Numbered from the stretch's first letter, positions 46,691 to 56,046 are shown. The stretch: 64,000 bases of DNA from Candidatus Woesebacteria bacterium RIFCSPHIGHO2_02_FULL_42_20 (GCA_001792535.1 MGGS01000008.1:11016-75015); one strand, 5' to 3'. Numbers and translations are program-made. The notes: generated by a model not told the origin, from the letters alone.

Positions 46691-46755
46691 AGAATTTTGG
46701 CACTTTCTACTTCAAGTAGTCTTGCAAAGTCAGTGAGTGAGTCATGATAAGACTC

Positions 46756-48276
46756 TTACTTTTTGTCAACTCTGCTAATCAAATCAGCCATAGATCGATC
46801 TTTGGCAGCCTTTAAGTATTCGATTTCTCTAGACCAAATATCTACACTGCAAACCGATACATCTTCATAACCAGATTCTTTAAGGATATTGCCAACTCTG
46901 TCTATTTGTTCATCACCATGAACAATTACTCTTCTAAGCGATCCATGAAGGGAAGTTGGTACGTATTTAACAACATTTTGTTGGTGTTTAAAAGTGGGCA
47001 TGTGTCTGTCGGCAATTTCTATGATCAGTGGGCGAGCTCGAATATTTTTTACTCTTTCCCCTGGGTTCATAGCATAAAGAACAAAATTATAAAGATCGTT
47101 TGGGTCGTCTTTGTGAAGACTTACAGATTGTAAATATGTACCTTTGGAGTAAGTGGCTTTTCTTGGTATAAGTCGGCCACTTTTTAATATTTTATCAAGT
47201 AGACCAAAAAAAGTAAGGTATCCTTCTTCAATTTCAGCGTGATCTAATTTTCTAAAAATTCCACCCCTACCAATATTATGCTGGTATCTTTTTAATCCAC
47301 CTTCAGCTTCTAGTAACTGCATTTGTAGGCTATCAGCGATTTGTTCATCGCCGTTTTCCCTCGCTAGTTCGACAGCGTGCTTAATAATATCCATATCTGA
47401 AGGTAAGATGGGTTCACCATCAGTAACTACCCCTTTTTGATAGCCTTGTTTCCTTAGCCTTAACACTGCAAGTTGAGTGGGTGTCATGTTGGCAATACTA
47501 TTAAGATCTGTATTTTCTAACCACTCTTGCTCTGATTTGTATTTCAAACATATTTCTGCAAGGTCTATTACGGATAAACCTCTTATGTCTGCTATCTGGC
47601 CTATCGAGTGTTGATTCTCAACTAAGCGTTCAGTTACACCGTCTTCTTCCAGTGCTGTGAAAACTCTGTTTAGCCTTTCTTTTGTTGTAGCAATTTGGTC
47701 CGGAGACATCTGTTGCGCCTGATCGTTGATCGTATCTATTCGTTTGGCTGTCTTAGTATCTATAAAATGCATGTTTATTTTTTGAGCGAACGCTCCACTT
47801 TCGTCATAGATATGGATACCAATATCTGGATGCCTTAAGTATCGGCTTAAGCCAAAAGCGTCTAATAAAGGGTTGGAATAATTTTGCTGTATTACTACAC
47901 CTTCAACTCGTGCAACTTGGCCTTCGGCGAGTACATCATTAGCAAAAAACGCCTCGATTCTATCTTGTGACTTTTCTGGCACAACTGCAATAAATGGGGC
48001 TATGCCTGCAATCCACTCTTCAATCTTTACTATGTTGCTTGGTGGGAGTTCTTGATTTTTATCAATTCTAGGTCTGTGGAATCTGGTGTAGATATTAGGA
48101 TTATTTGTAACAAAAACATGCTGCTCGTCATGAATGAAAGGTAAAAGCATTAACCTTTTAGTTTCAAGACCCAATCTCGAAAGGGCTTCATCTGCACCTA
48201 ACCTAGCTTCCTCTGGTATAATTTCAGCACTAACAGCATCCGTAAGTTCTGATACTTCTGTGTTTATCTCAACCAT
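46756..48276 (-). CDS. Hypothetical 506-aa protein, translationally coupled downstream of the HepT/MNT pair
   Basis: Long ORF with no recognisable motif. Its start overlaps the HepT stop by 8 nt. Confidence 0.5.
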   Translation of the reverse strand: MVEINTEVSELTDAVSAEIIPEEARLGADEALSRLGLETKRLMLLPFIHDEQHVFVTNNPNIYTRFHRPRIDKNQELPPSNIVKIEEWIAGIAPFIAVVPEKSQDRIEAFFANDVLAEGQVARVEGVVIQQNYSNPLLDAFGLSRYLRHPDIGIHIYDESGAFAQKINMHFIDTKTAKRIDTINDQAQQMSPDQIATTKERLNRVFTALEEDGVTERLVENQHSIGQIADIRGLSVIDLAEICLKYKSEQEWLENTDLNSIANMTPTQLAVLRLRKQGYQKGVVTDGEPILPSDMDIIKHAVELARENGDEQIADSLQMQLLEAEGGLKRYQHNIGRGGIFRKLDHAEIEEGYLTFFGLLDKILKSGRLIPRKATYSKGTYLQSVSLHKDDPNDLYNFVLYAMNPGERVKNIRARPLIIEIADRHMPTFKHQQNVVKYVPTSLHGSLRRVIVHGDEQIDRVGNILKESGYEDVSVCSVDIWSREIEYLKAAKDRSMADLISRVDKK

Positions 48277-48706
48277 GGCAACTAGTATATATTTTCTTAA
48301 GCACAGACTTTAGATACTTGGGGACTTGGGTTAAGGCCATTTCGATTGATTCATAAATTTTCTTGGGATCAATTTCATCATATTCGTGCGCGAGTGCGTT
48401 ACGTAGGCCACCAGATTTTGCCAGTTCATTTGCGAGTTTTTCTGATACTATTCCTCGCTTTCCAAGCTCAGTAAACGATTGTGTGTAGTTGTTAGGTACA
48501 AACCCACATCGCTCGCTTAAGAGGTGATAATTAATATCAATCATTTTTCCCACAATTCGCTCCAGAAGTCTTTCAATAATAAGTTGTGATGTGGCGCTTT
48601 TTAAGTACTGTTTGTAGCTCTTCGGCTGATTTTTTGCCAAAATGGCCAGGTCGACTTCGATTAGCTTTGCTTTTCTAGTAATGATTTGGATATCAACCGG
48701 CGACAT
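48269..48706 (-). CDS. HepT-like (DUF86) toxin
   Basis: GGLRNALAHEYDEIDPKKIY is the Rx4HxY motif. Confidence 0.8.
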   Translation of the reverse strand: MSPVDIQIITRKAKLIEVDLAILAKNQPKSYKQYLKSATSQLIIERLLERIVGKMIDINYHLLSERCGFVPNNYTQSFTELGKRGIVSEKLANELAKSGGLRNALAHEYDEIDPKKIYESIEMALTQVPKYLKSVLKKIYTSCHG

Positions 48707-49094
48707 ATTTATTCAGATTTGTGAGAGTTACTTTTTTCTCCATTTCGAGATAGGGTAGATAATTGTTATATTTCTTGAATGCAGTCAGTTTTAAACTTGT
48801 GTAAATTTTCCCGCTTCCTGAGATAAGTTTGCTTTCAGTGGTAACTGTGAACAACAACAAGGGGTCAGCGTTGGCTAAGTTCGTAATATCCAGTTTGTCT
48901 GCCGGTTTAATGACCTTTCCCAGATCCGTATATAAGTTAAGCAGATCAAAACTGACGCCCGGCTTTGGTAATACTGCAATGTCTATATCACTGGCTGAGT
49001 GGGTTTTGCCACTAACTTGGGATCCATGCAGAAGTATAAGCACGAGATTATACTTTTTGCGGATTTTATCAATAGCCGACTTGTTTAACTTCAC
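48693..49094 (-). CDS. MNT-type nucleotidyltransferase antitoxin
   Basis: LLHGSQVSGKTHSASDIDIAVL. Overlaps the HepT gene by 14 nt. Confidence 0.75.
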   Translation of the reverse strand: MKLNKSAIDKIRKKYNLVLILLHGSQVSGKTHSASDIDIAVLPKPGVSFDLLNLYTDLGKVIKPADKLDITNLANADPLLLFTVTTESKLISGSGKIYTSLKLTAFKKYNNYLPYLEMEKKVTLTNLNKYVAG

Positions 49095-49326
49095 ACTCCG
49101 ATTATAGCATTTTTGTTTACTGGACAGAGTCAGGATTTTGCCTGTGAGGGGGTGATTAATATGCCAGGAGAATCAGGAGCAGATTTCCCAGGGACAGGTG
49201 TGAGTGTTGATCGGCATGGTGGACAGGGTAAACTCTGAGCATCATCCGTTATTGGCAACTATATTCTTTGGCGGGTGTTGACAAAACTTGCCGTTTCGAT
49301 TACTGTAGAAATGAGGTAGTATTTCT

Positions 49327-49917
49327 ATGAAGAAAATCGAAATGGTGTGGCGGGAGTTGCTTTATTGGAGTATTGAAAAAGGCGAGCGCGTTTTTGTCCA
49401 AAAGGATTTGGCGGCTAAGTTTAATTTTTCCACAAGCACCATTTTTCAAGCTTTAAAGCCGACACGGGCTATGGGTGCAGCACGGGTAACCGGTAGAAAC
49501 TTTACGCTTGAAGATCCTGAAAAGCTTCTTTATTATTGGGCAAGTGTTCGCAACCTCGCCAATGACACAATTTTTGAGGGTCGGGTGGATTTACCTCTAC
49601 TGGAGATTGAAGGCATGATGCCTGCTTTAAGTATCTTTGCCGGCTATAGTACTGCTCGGTTCATATTAAAAGAAGCTCCGGCTGATTACGATAAAGTTTT
49701 TGTCTACGCAAAGAGCAAGGAAGATCTTGCTTCACGATTTGATTTTGTTGAAGGTAAACCCAATTTGTATATCCTTAAGTCTGATCCTTTTATCAGCAGT
49801 TATGGAGGTAAAACTACATTAGCCCAGACATTTGTTGATATCTGGAATTTAAATGATTGGTATGCCAAAGAATTTACACAAGCATTGAAAGACAGAATCG
49901 ATGACCTATTACACTGA
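49327..49917 (+). CDS. Winged-HTH protein, putative AbiEi-like antitoxin/regulator
   Basis: N-terminal wHTH-like segment ELLYWSIEKGERVFVQKDLAAKFNFSTSTIFQALK followed by an unknown C-terminal domain. Confidence 0.4.
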   Translation: MKKIEMVWRELLYWSIEKGERVFVQKDLAAKFNFSTSTIFQALKPTRAMGAARVTGRNFTLEDPEKLLYYWASVRNLANDTIFEGRVDLPLLEIEGMMPALSIFAGYSTARFILKEAPADYDKVFVYAKSKEDLASRFDFVEGKPNLYILKSDPFISSYGGKTTLAQTFVDIWNLNDWYAKEFTQALKDRIDDLLH

Positions 49918-50512
49918 TATTATCACCGGCAAAAGTTGGGAACTACTAAAAAAGCTTAAAAAAAGCTATGAGTTTATCCTGATTGGAGGCTGGGCAGTTT
50001 ATCTTTACACCCGGGTATTAAAATCAAAAGATATTGATGTTGTGGTCGAGTATGAGCAATTGGAAAGGTTAAAGCAGGAGTTTGAGCTAAGTAAAAATGA
50101 ACGGCTGAAAAAATATGAAGCAAGAGTGGAGGAATTGCAAATTGACATATACCTTCCTTTTTACTCCAATCCTGGTATCCCTGCTGAAAAGATTGAAGAA
50201 TATACAGTATTGGTAGAAGGTTTTCGTCTGCCGGCTGTTGAATTACTTGCAATATTAAAGCAAAAAGCCTTTGTAGAGCGGGTAAGGAGTACTAAAGGCA
50301 GGAAAGATTTGGTAGATTTGGTTTCGTTATTCAGATTGCCCGGATTTAAGTGGTCCAAATATAAAGCGATGGTGGAAAAATACCAACTAACCGAGCAAGC
50401 TCAAAAAGTTTCTGGGCTAATTGATGAAACCAAAGAAATAAATGAACTTGATTTAAATGTCCATAAATTTTTAAGGATAAAAAAACAATTCGGGTTTTTT
50501 AAAGTGGACTGA
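49901..50512 (+). CDS. Nucleotidyltransferase-fold protein, putative AbiEii-like toxin
   Basis: ILIGGWAVYLYTRVLKSKDIDVVVE (GG...DID NTase motif). Overlaps the upstream wHTH gene by 17 nt. Confidence 0.4.
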   Translation: MTYYTDIITGKSWELLKKLKKSYEFILIGGWAVYLYTRVLKSKDIDVVVEYEQLERLKQEFELSKNERLKKYEARVEELQIDIYLPFYSNPGIPAEKIEEYTVLVEGFRLPAVELLAILKQKAFVERVRSTKGRKDLVDLVSLFRLPGFKWSKYKAMVEKYQLTEQAQKVSGLIDETKEINELDLNVHKFLRIKKQFGFFKVD

Positions 50513-50778
50513 AAGTGAGTTACTGACCTGAATTATTTGTGCCCCACTTGGTTTAAGGTTTCTCCGAGAACTTTATTAGATATTTGTATCTACTTTCGTC
50601 AACGTCCTTCGAGGCTACGGCGAGTTCATCAGGCACACCGTTTGGAAATCCGGAGTCGACTGCCAAAAAACTGAAGTGGTGTAACCCTGTTTTTTGGCCG
50701 GGTATCGGATTCCAGTTATCAATAACCCCTATTTCCCCATAGGGTAAAGGATTATCGGTTGGTATGACAATGATACCC

Positions 50779-51303
50779 TCAGTCCTTGATGTTTTCCGGC
50801 TCGGTTAGACCTGAAATAAAATCAGAAAATGGCTCTCCCGTATTGTAAGGCTCAGCTGGCAGTCCTATCTGTTCCGGTTTCAAAGATCTGGTTACCCTGT
50901 TTCCACCTGAGTCGGTAAGCGAAAGGTTGAACTGTTCACCAAGTGTAAGCATTTGTTTTAGAACAGCCAGTTGATGCGAGCTTAATAAGATTGCTGCATA
51001 TGGCACGTCTTGGCCGTTTTCGGTTACTGTCGCGGTCCCGCTTTGTAGTTTTTCGACCTCTTTTTCACCCGATTTGCGAATCAGGTCGACCTTGACGGAA
51101 GCGCGCTCGAGTGCAGCAAATACTTCATTTAGTGGATTTGACTCTGTGGTTGGGGTTGGTTCGTCTTGCGACCTTAAGCCATAAAAACCCTCTTTTAGGT
51201 AGATGTTTTGTAGTTGGCTCAGATGCGGCCGAGTTTTCTGCCATTGATACATTTTAGCAAAGATCCTTATTCCTTTATCAAGGGAGAATGAGATTGTTAC
51301 CAA
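50779..51303 (-). CDS. Hypothetical protein (174 aa); its 5' third is the source of the repeat copy at 46.4-46.7 kb
   Basis: ORF with no recognisable motif. Overlaps the upstream 454-aa gene by 7 nt. Confidence 0.4.
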   Translation of the reverse strand: MVTISFSLDKGIRIFAKMYQWQKTRPHLSQLQNIYLKEGFYGLRSQDEPTPTTESNPLNEVFAALERASVKVDLIRKSGEKEVEKLQSGTATVTENGQDVPYAAILLSSHQLAVLKQMLTLGEQFNLSLTDSGGNRVTRSLKPEQIGLPAEPYNTGEPFSDFISGLTEPENIKD

Positions 51304-52661
51304 CTGACTCCGCCTTCTTTATCATAATCCTTTCTGGTCAACCCTGAATTTATTGTCAAATATGAAGGAAGCTCTCTGGCAAGAGAGACAGCTTCTTTAA
51401 TTGCTTTCTTATTCCAGCCACAATCTTTCAAAATTGTTCTGATGTTTTCGATTATAATATTAAAAAGATTCGGGCCGGCCAAAGCCCGCACAAACGCTTG
51501 CCCAAAATAATTTTCCGCATATTTTTGTCCTTGTAACCACCTAACCAATTTTGCCCAATCTTCCGGAAGTTCCGGTCTTTTGATTAAATTTTCCAGAGGC
51601 TCATTTGCCCGCGCCCACTCATAGATAATCGGTTTTAGTATTCTTAATTCTTTAAGTTGTTCTGTTATCGATAAACCTCGATCCGCTGGAGCTGAGTAAA
51701 CTACACGTACTTGATCAGTCAACCTTATATCTTTTCCCATTAAACCACTTGTAACAATGTCGAAACTGACATCTTCGACTTGGAGGCCGCCATCCATAAT
51801 TGCGGTTTGAGCTGCCAACGCGTCTCGGCCAGCTGATAATGTGCCGCCTCCTGGGGACCACTTTGCTCCGGGCGAGTAGGTGTGTAAATTGGCAGTAGCC
51901 CTAACTAAACCCGCAATCTTTTTGTCTGGCAAAATATATCCATTTTCATCCATCACAACCGGTTCCAGTTTTGCTCCGACTGCAAAACACCCGGTTGCTT
52001 CGGCAATTTCCATCATTCGCAACAGTCCGTTACCTGTAAAGTTATCACCTTGTTTACCGGTGTATAACCTATTGTCAGCGCCAGGAGTCAGATAATATTT
52101 GTGTACGGTGTTTTCTCGTTTAGCAGAATCAACAAAGGCTTGGAAACCAGTTCTGAGGGCATTGGCAGTTCCAGAGTTAACGTCAACGTCTTCTTGATGA
52201 ATAAAGAAGAAATTAATAGTGCTCTTTCTAAGTTCAGCTAGATTTGCTTCTTGTGTGTATTGTGAATCCGTGTATAGTCTTCCACCCTTTTCGTAGAGAT
52301 TAACAGTAGTTGCAGCTTCAACTTGAAAGTCGTTTGCAAACTGTTGATCAGCTTCGTCACCGCCACGGTTAAGAACAATTGCGATATCTGCTCCGTCAAT
52401 TTTTTCTTTATCAACACACTCTTTAATTTGGCGGTTAAGTATGGGCAATCCTGTCTGAAGAAGGTGAGAAGCTCTCCTCGCCGGGATAATAACTGCAAGT
52501 CTGTTATTATCGGCATCGGGTAGTGTCTCTTTGTACTTTCGGATGTTATCTAACAGCCCAAGTGCTTTTTCACTCGGGAGCGGATGTTCTTTCTGGGAAT
52601 AGTCTCGAACAGGCGTTATATCAAGTCTAGGCGGTATTGTTTGAGGCTCGAAATCTGTCAT
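51297..52661 (-). CDS. Hypothetical 454-aa protein
   Basis: Long ORF. AVIIPARRAS near the N-terminus is vaguely glycosyltransferase-like, but this is not verified. Confidence 0.4.
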   Translation of the reverse strand: MTDFEPQTIPPRLDITPVRDYSQKEHPLPSEKALGLLDNIRKYKETLPDADNNRLAVIIPARRASHLLQTGLPILNRQIKECVDKEKIDGADIAIVLNRGGDEADQQFANDFQVEAATTVNLYEKGGRLYTDSQYTQEANLAELRKSTINFFFIHQEDVDVNSGTANALRTGFQAFVDSAKRENTVHKYYLTPGADNRLYTGKQGDNFTGNGLLRMMEIAEATGCFAVGAKLEPVVMDENGYILPDKKIAGLVRATANLHTYSPGAKWSPGGGTLSAGRDALAAQTAIMDGGLQVEDVSFDIVTSGLMGKDIRLTDQVRVVYSAPADRGLSITEQLKELRILKPIIYEWARANEPLENLIKRPELPEDWAKLVRWLQGQKYAENYFGQAFVRALAGPNLFNIIIENIRTILKDCGWNKKAIKEAVSLARELPSYLTINSGLTRKDYDKEGGVSW

Positions 52662-52667
52662 TAACTA

Positions 52668-54176
52668 ATGATATCAAAGATTGACAAGGAAACACTTGTA
52701 GTACTACTATTAATATGTAATACAGTGAAACAGACCAAGATACTATTCTTCTTTTTATTAGCTTTTCTTTTTGTTTTTGCTGTTCCCGTTTTTGCCCAAC
52801 TGCCGCCAGACAGCCAAGGCCGTGCCGTAAATGATGTTGTAACTGAGTCGATAATACCCCCGTATCCATATCCAACATCCGTACCTTCCGGTAATCCGAT
52901 TTTCGGTCAGGATCACTCCTACTCTGTCGTCATGCGGGGTAACGGGGAAGCGGTTGTGACCTTGAAAGTTACCTTCAGCAACGTAACGACCTCGAGCATG
53001 AATAAGGTTTACCTGCGCGTGCCTAAGGTTGAGCCAAGGGAAGTCATGGTCTATCAGATTTATAAACCTGAATTTTGCCTTCGATATCTCCCAAATGTTT
53101 TGACACCCGAGCTTCCGGTAGACTATTACTACAACTACTACAACAACCTTAACTGTGAACAGTGGAGTAGTCCTGACTATTTCGGCGGTTACCTTGGGGA
53201 CGCTACTTTTTACAAAGCCAGAACCGATTATAGCGGTGACACATTAACAGTTTATCTGCCCAAGTCCGTGCGGCCCGATGGGTCCGGTTCGTTTTTTGTC
53301 TATTATCGGGCTTTTGGCTATGCGAAGAAAAACATCGTCGGGGCCTACAATTACACGTTTGAAACTCTTAAGGCTAATGAGTCGATTCGAAGCATGACTG
53401 TCGGGATAAGCGTGGACTCGGACCTTTTCCTTAAAGACGCCAAGGGCGGAGTCAACTACAGATTTGAAGAGGCAAGTCTCGCGCCTTTGTCCGACGCGGC
53501 ATACGGAGTGGAGCTAAGGAACCCAAAGGTGACAAGTTTTGTGAGTCAGATAGGGAGTGGTACGGTGACAAAGACAGCCTCAAATCTGGCCGCCCTGGAG
53601 TCTTATTCGGTCAAAGGCGTATATGCCGACAGACAAATTAAGCTCTATGGCAAGGAAATCTTGTGGGGGTTGCTGGTAGTGGTGCTATTTCTGGCTGGTT
53701 TTGTTTTCTTTGTCCGCGCAGTTTACAGGAGATTGCAATTACGGAGAGCCAATGTTGAGGCGGCTGCACAAGCGGCGAAACCGAGTGCTAAAGCGGGTGT
53801 CGGTAAAGCCGGTATGTTGACGGGCCAGGATTATGTCAAAACGGGGTTGGTTGTGGCAGTCGTTACCTTTTTCTCACCGCTACTTATGATGGCTTATACT
53901 TTTGCTCTGGTTCTCCTGACTACCTCGAGTAATTTCATTTACTTTGGCAGCAATTATTTGGGGCCGATACTTTTTATAATCATTTTGATTTTGTCGATAG
54001 CCGTCTACGGGGTGTTGCTCTTTTTCCCGGCTTTATATGTCGGGCTAAAGCGTGGGCTTCATTGGGCATTGGCGACTTTTTTGATGACTGTTTTCTGGAC
54101 AGCTTTTTGTGTTCTGATAATAGTAGTCATGATATCGGTCTTCAATTATAATCCTCGTGGACCATATCTTTATTAG
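52668..54176 (+). CDS. Surface/membrane protein: N-terminal signal-anchor, ~330-aa extracellular domain, C-terminal 5-6 TM helices
   Basis: Hydrophobic N-terminus (ILFFFLLAFLFVFAVPVFA), a Tyr/Asn-rich ectodomain and a long C-terminal hydrophobic block. Confidence 0.45.
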   Translation: MISKIDKETLVVLLLICNTVKQTKILFFFLLAFLFVFAVPVFAQLPPDSQGRAVNDVVTESIIPPYPYPTSVPSGNPIFGQDHSYSVVMRGNGEAVVTLKVTFSNVTTSSMNKVYLRVPKVEPREVMVYQIYKPEFCLRYLPNVLTPELPVDYYYNYYNNLNCEQWSSPDYFGGYLGDATFYKARTDYSGDTLTVYLPKSVRPDGSGSFFVYYRAFGYAKKNIVGAYNYTFETLKANESIRSMTVGISVDSDLFLKDAKGGVNYRFEEASLAPLSDAAYGVELRNPKVTSFVSQIGSGTVTKTASNLAALESYSVKGVYADRQIKLYGKEILWGLLVVVLFLAGFVFFVRAVYRRLQLRRANVEAAAQAAKPSAKAGVGKAGMLTGQDYVKTGLVVAVVTFFSPLLMMAYTFALVLLTTSSNFIYFGSNYLGPILFIIILILSIAVYGVLLFFPALYVGLKRGLHWALATFLMTVFWTAFCVLIIVVMISVFNYNPRGPYLY

Positions 54177-54991
54177 GAAAGAGCAAGTTTGACCGAAGGG
54201 CTCATTGTCGAGCAAATGTAAGCTTTTATTATTTGTTTGCTAGTTAGCGTTTCCAGGATCGCGGTAATGTTTTCGTCCAGTTCTTTCTTCTGCATGGAAA
54301 GTTTCCCAACAGTTGTGTGGATGATGGGCGCTGATTTTTCAGTTTTTAAAGTAATTGAGTTGGCTGAAAATTTGCTGATTTCTTTTTCGTTTTTGATTAG
54401 CGTCCCGTTTTTGGGATTTGGCATCAAACCCCTTGGACCCAAAAGTTTTGCAAACGGGACCAATTTTGGCATCATGTCGCCCGTTGCTAAAAGTACATCA
54501 AAATCTATCCTTCCGTCTTTAAGTTTTTTTATTGTTTCGTCCCCGGCAACCTCAACCCTTTTTACTTTGCCGGTAGAGTGGGGCAGTGTGATGTTTGCGC
54601 TTAAGTTATCCTTCCGCACAACTAGGTGAAGTTCGACAGTTGAATCAAATTTAGAATAGGAAATTTCTTTTAAAAGAGCGACCGCGTCATCTAATTTATA
54701 AAGTCTGGCAGGATCCACTTTAGATTTGGAGTCCTTGTATTTTTTGCTTCTGACTTTTAGCCTTGTTTTACGTTTTTTGGCTTCCTCGTTTCCCGAAGTT
54801 TGCTCGGAGTGGAGTTCGCTTTCTGGCGGCAAGTCGGACTGTACGGCAACTACCCGTTGTCCGCCTTTAAGGCCCGGAATGTGTACTTTGGTGGCTTTCT
54901 CTTCTTTTGCTTTTTTTCGTTTTTCATAAAGCTCTTTGCCGGAAAGTTTTTCCTCAACGCCGGCAACAAAAGCTGTCTTAGTTTTACCCAT
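54173..54991 (-). CDS. rplA: 50S ribosomal protein L1 with ~80-aa Lys-rich N-terminal extension
   Basis: The core matches L1 (KYKDSKSKVDPARLYKLDDAVALLKE..., GDMMPKLVPFAKLLGPRGLMPNPKNGT). The frame stays open for ~80 codons upstream and overlaps the rplK stop by 8 nt. Confidence 0.8.
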   Translation of the reverse strand: MGKTKTAFVAGVEEKLSGKELYEKRKKAKEEKATKVHIPGLKGGQRVVAVQSDLPPESELHSEQTSGNEEAKKRKTRLKVRSKKYKDSKSKVDPARLYKLDDAVALLKEISYSKFDSTVELHLVVRKDNLSANITLPHSTGKVKRVEVAGDETIKKLKDGRIDFDVLLATGDMMPKLVPFAKLLGPRGLMPNPKNGTLIKNEKEISKFSANSITLKTEKSAPIIHTTVGKLSMQKKELDENITAILETLTSKQIIKAYICSTMSPSVKLALS

Positions 54992-55409
54992 TGATTTTTA
55001 CTCCCATCGACCTGGCAGTCCCGATAACAATTTTGAGTGCGGCTTCCACGTTGTCGGTGTTAAGATCGCGCATTTTTTCTTTAGCGATTTCTTCCGCCTG
55101 GGAAACGGAAAGAGTTCCCGCAATATCCCGGTTCGGTACTCCGGAACCTTTTTGAATACCCAGCTTCTTTTTGATCATATCGGCGACCGGGGCAAGCTTT
55201 ATCTCAAAATCGAAGCTTCTGTCTTCGTAAATAGTTATGACAGCAGGGACTGTGTTCCCTTTCATGTCCTTTGTCTTGTCGTTATAGGCCTTGACAAAAT
55301 CCATGATTGCCACGCCGTGCTGACCCAAGGCAGGTCCCAGAGGCTGCGCCGGAGTGGCTTCGCCCGCAGGAAGGTTAATTTTAAGAACTGTTTTAACTTT
55401 TTTTGCCAT
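54984..55409 (-). CDS. rplK: 50S ribosomal protein L11
   Basis: MAKKVKTVLKINLPAGEATPAQPLGPALGQHGVAIMDFVKAYN. Confidence 0.9.
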   Translation of the reverse strand: MAKKVKTVLKINLPAGEATPAQPLGPALGQHGVAIMDFVKAYNDKTKDMKGNTVPAVITIYEDRSFDFEIKLAPVADMIKKKLGIQKGSGVPNRDIAGTLSVSQAEEIAKEKMRDLNTDNVEAALKIVIGTARSMGVKING

Positions 55410-55424
55410 TTTATTAATAAAAAT

Positions 55425-56045
55425 TTAAACCTTTTGAATTTGCAAGAAATCAAGTTCCACCGGCGTTTCTCGGCCAAAGATACTTACCAATACTTTGATC
55501 CTGCCTTTCTCTTCGTCAATTTCGTGAATAGAACCCAAAAAATCAGCGAAAGGCCCGTCAGTAATTTTAACCGCTTCGCCGACACTGAATTTAGTTTTAA
55601 ATCTTGGCGCAGGAGCGGAGACAAACTTTTGAATATTTTTCACTTCTTCAATTGAAAGCGGCGTAGGTTTATTGCTGGATCCGACGAAGCCTGTTATCCC
55701 TGGCGTTGTTCGCACGGCGAGCCATGTCGGGTCGTCCAATTCCATTTTGATTAACATATAGCCCGGAAATATTTTTTCTTTGACTGTCGACTTTTTTCCG
55801 GAGCGGATGACTACTCTGTCTTGTGTCGGGATTAATACTTCAAGCACTTTGCTGACCAGATTCATGGTCTCTACCCGCTGGCGCAGTGTCTCGGCGATTC
55901 TTGCCTCGTGGCCGCTGGTTGTGTGGACCACAAACCATTTTGCGTTTTTGTTTTGCTCGTCGCTTATTTTGATGTGCCCCGGAATTTTTTTGGACCCAGT
56001 GCCGCGCTCCGATACTCCGGAATCATGTATTTGTGTATTGTCCAT
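55425..56045 (-). CDS. nusG: Transcription termination/antitermination factor NusG (N-terminal ~30-aa extension)
   Basis: KWFVVHTTSGHE NGN domain and a C-terminal KOW (FSVGEAVKITDGPFADFLGSIHEID). Confidence 0.85.
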   Translation of the reverse strand: MDNTQIHDSGVSERGTGSKKIPGHIKISDEQNKNAKWFVVHTTSGHEARIAETLRQRVETMNLVSKVLEVLIPTQDRVVIRSGKKSTVKEKIFPGYMLIKMELDDPTWLAVRTTPGITGFVGSSNKPTPLSIEEVKNIQKFVSAPAPRFKTKFSVGEAVKITDGPFADFLGSIHEIDEEKGRIKVLVSIFGRETPVELDFLQIQKV

Positions 56046-56046
56046 G

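Noticed and set aside
54237-55655. + strand ORFs overlapping rplA/rplK (54237..54629, 54726..54929, 54800..54994, 54936..55655)
   Set aside because: They are antisense shadows of L1/L11. The 239-aa one has no motif, and its composition mirrors the antisense of Lys-rich ribosomal codons.
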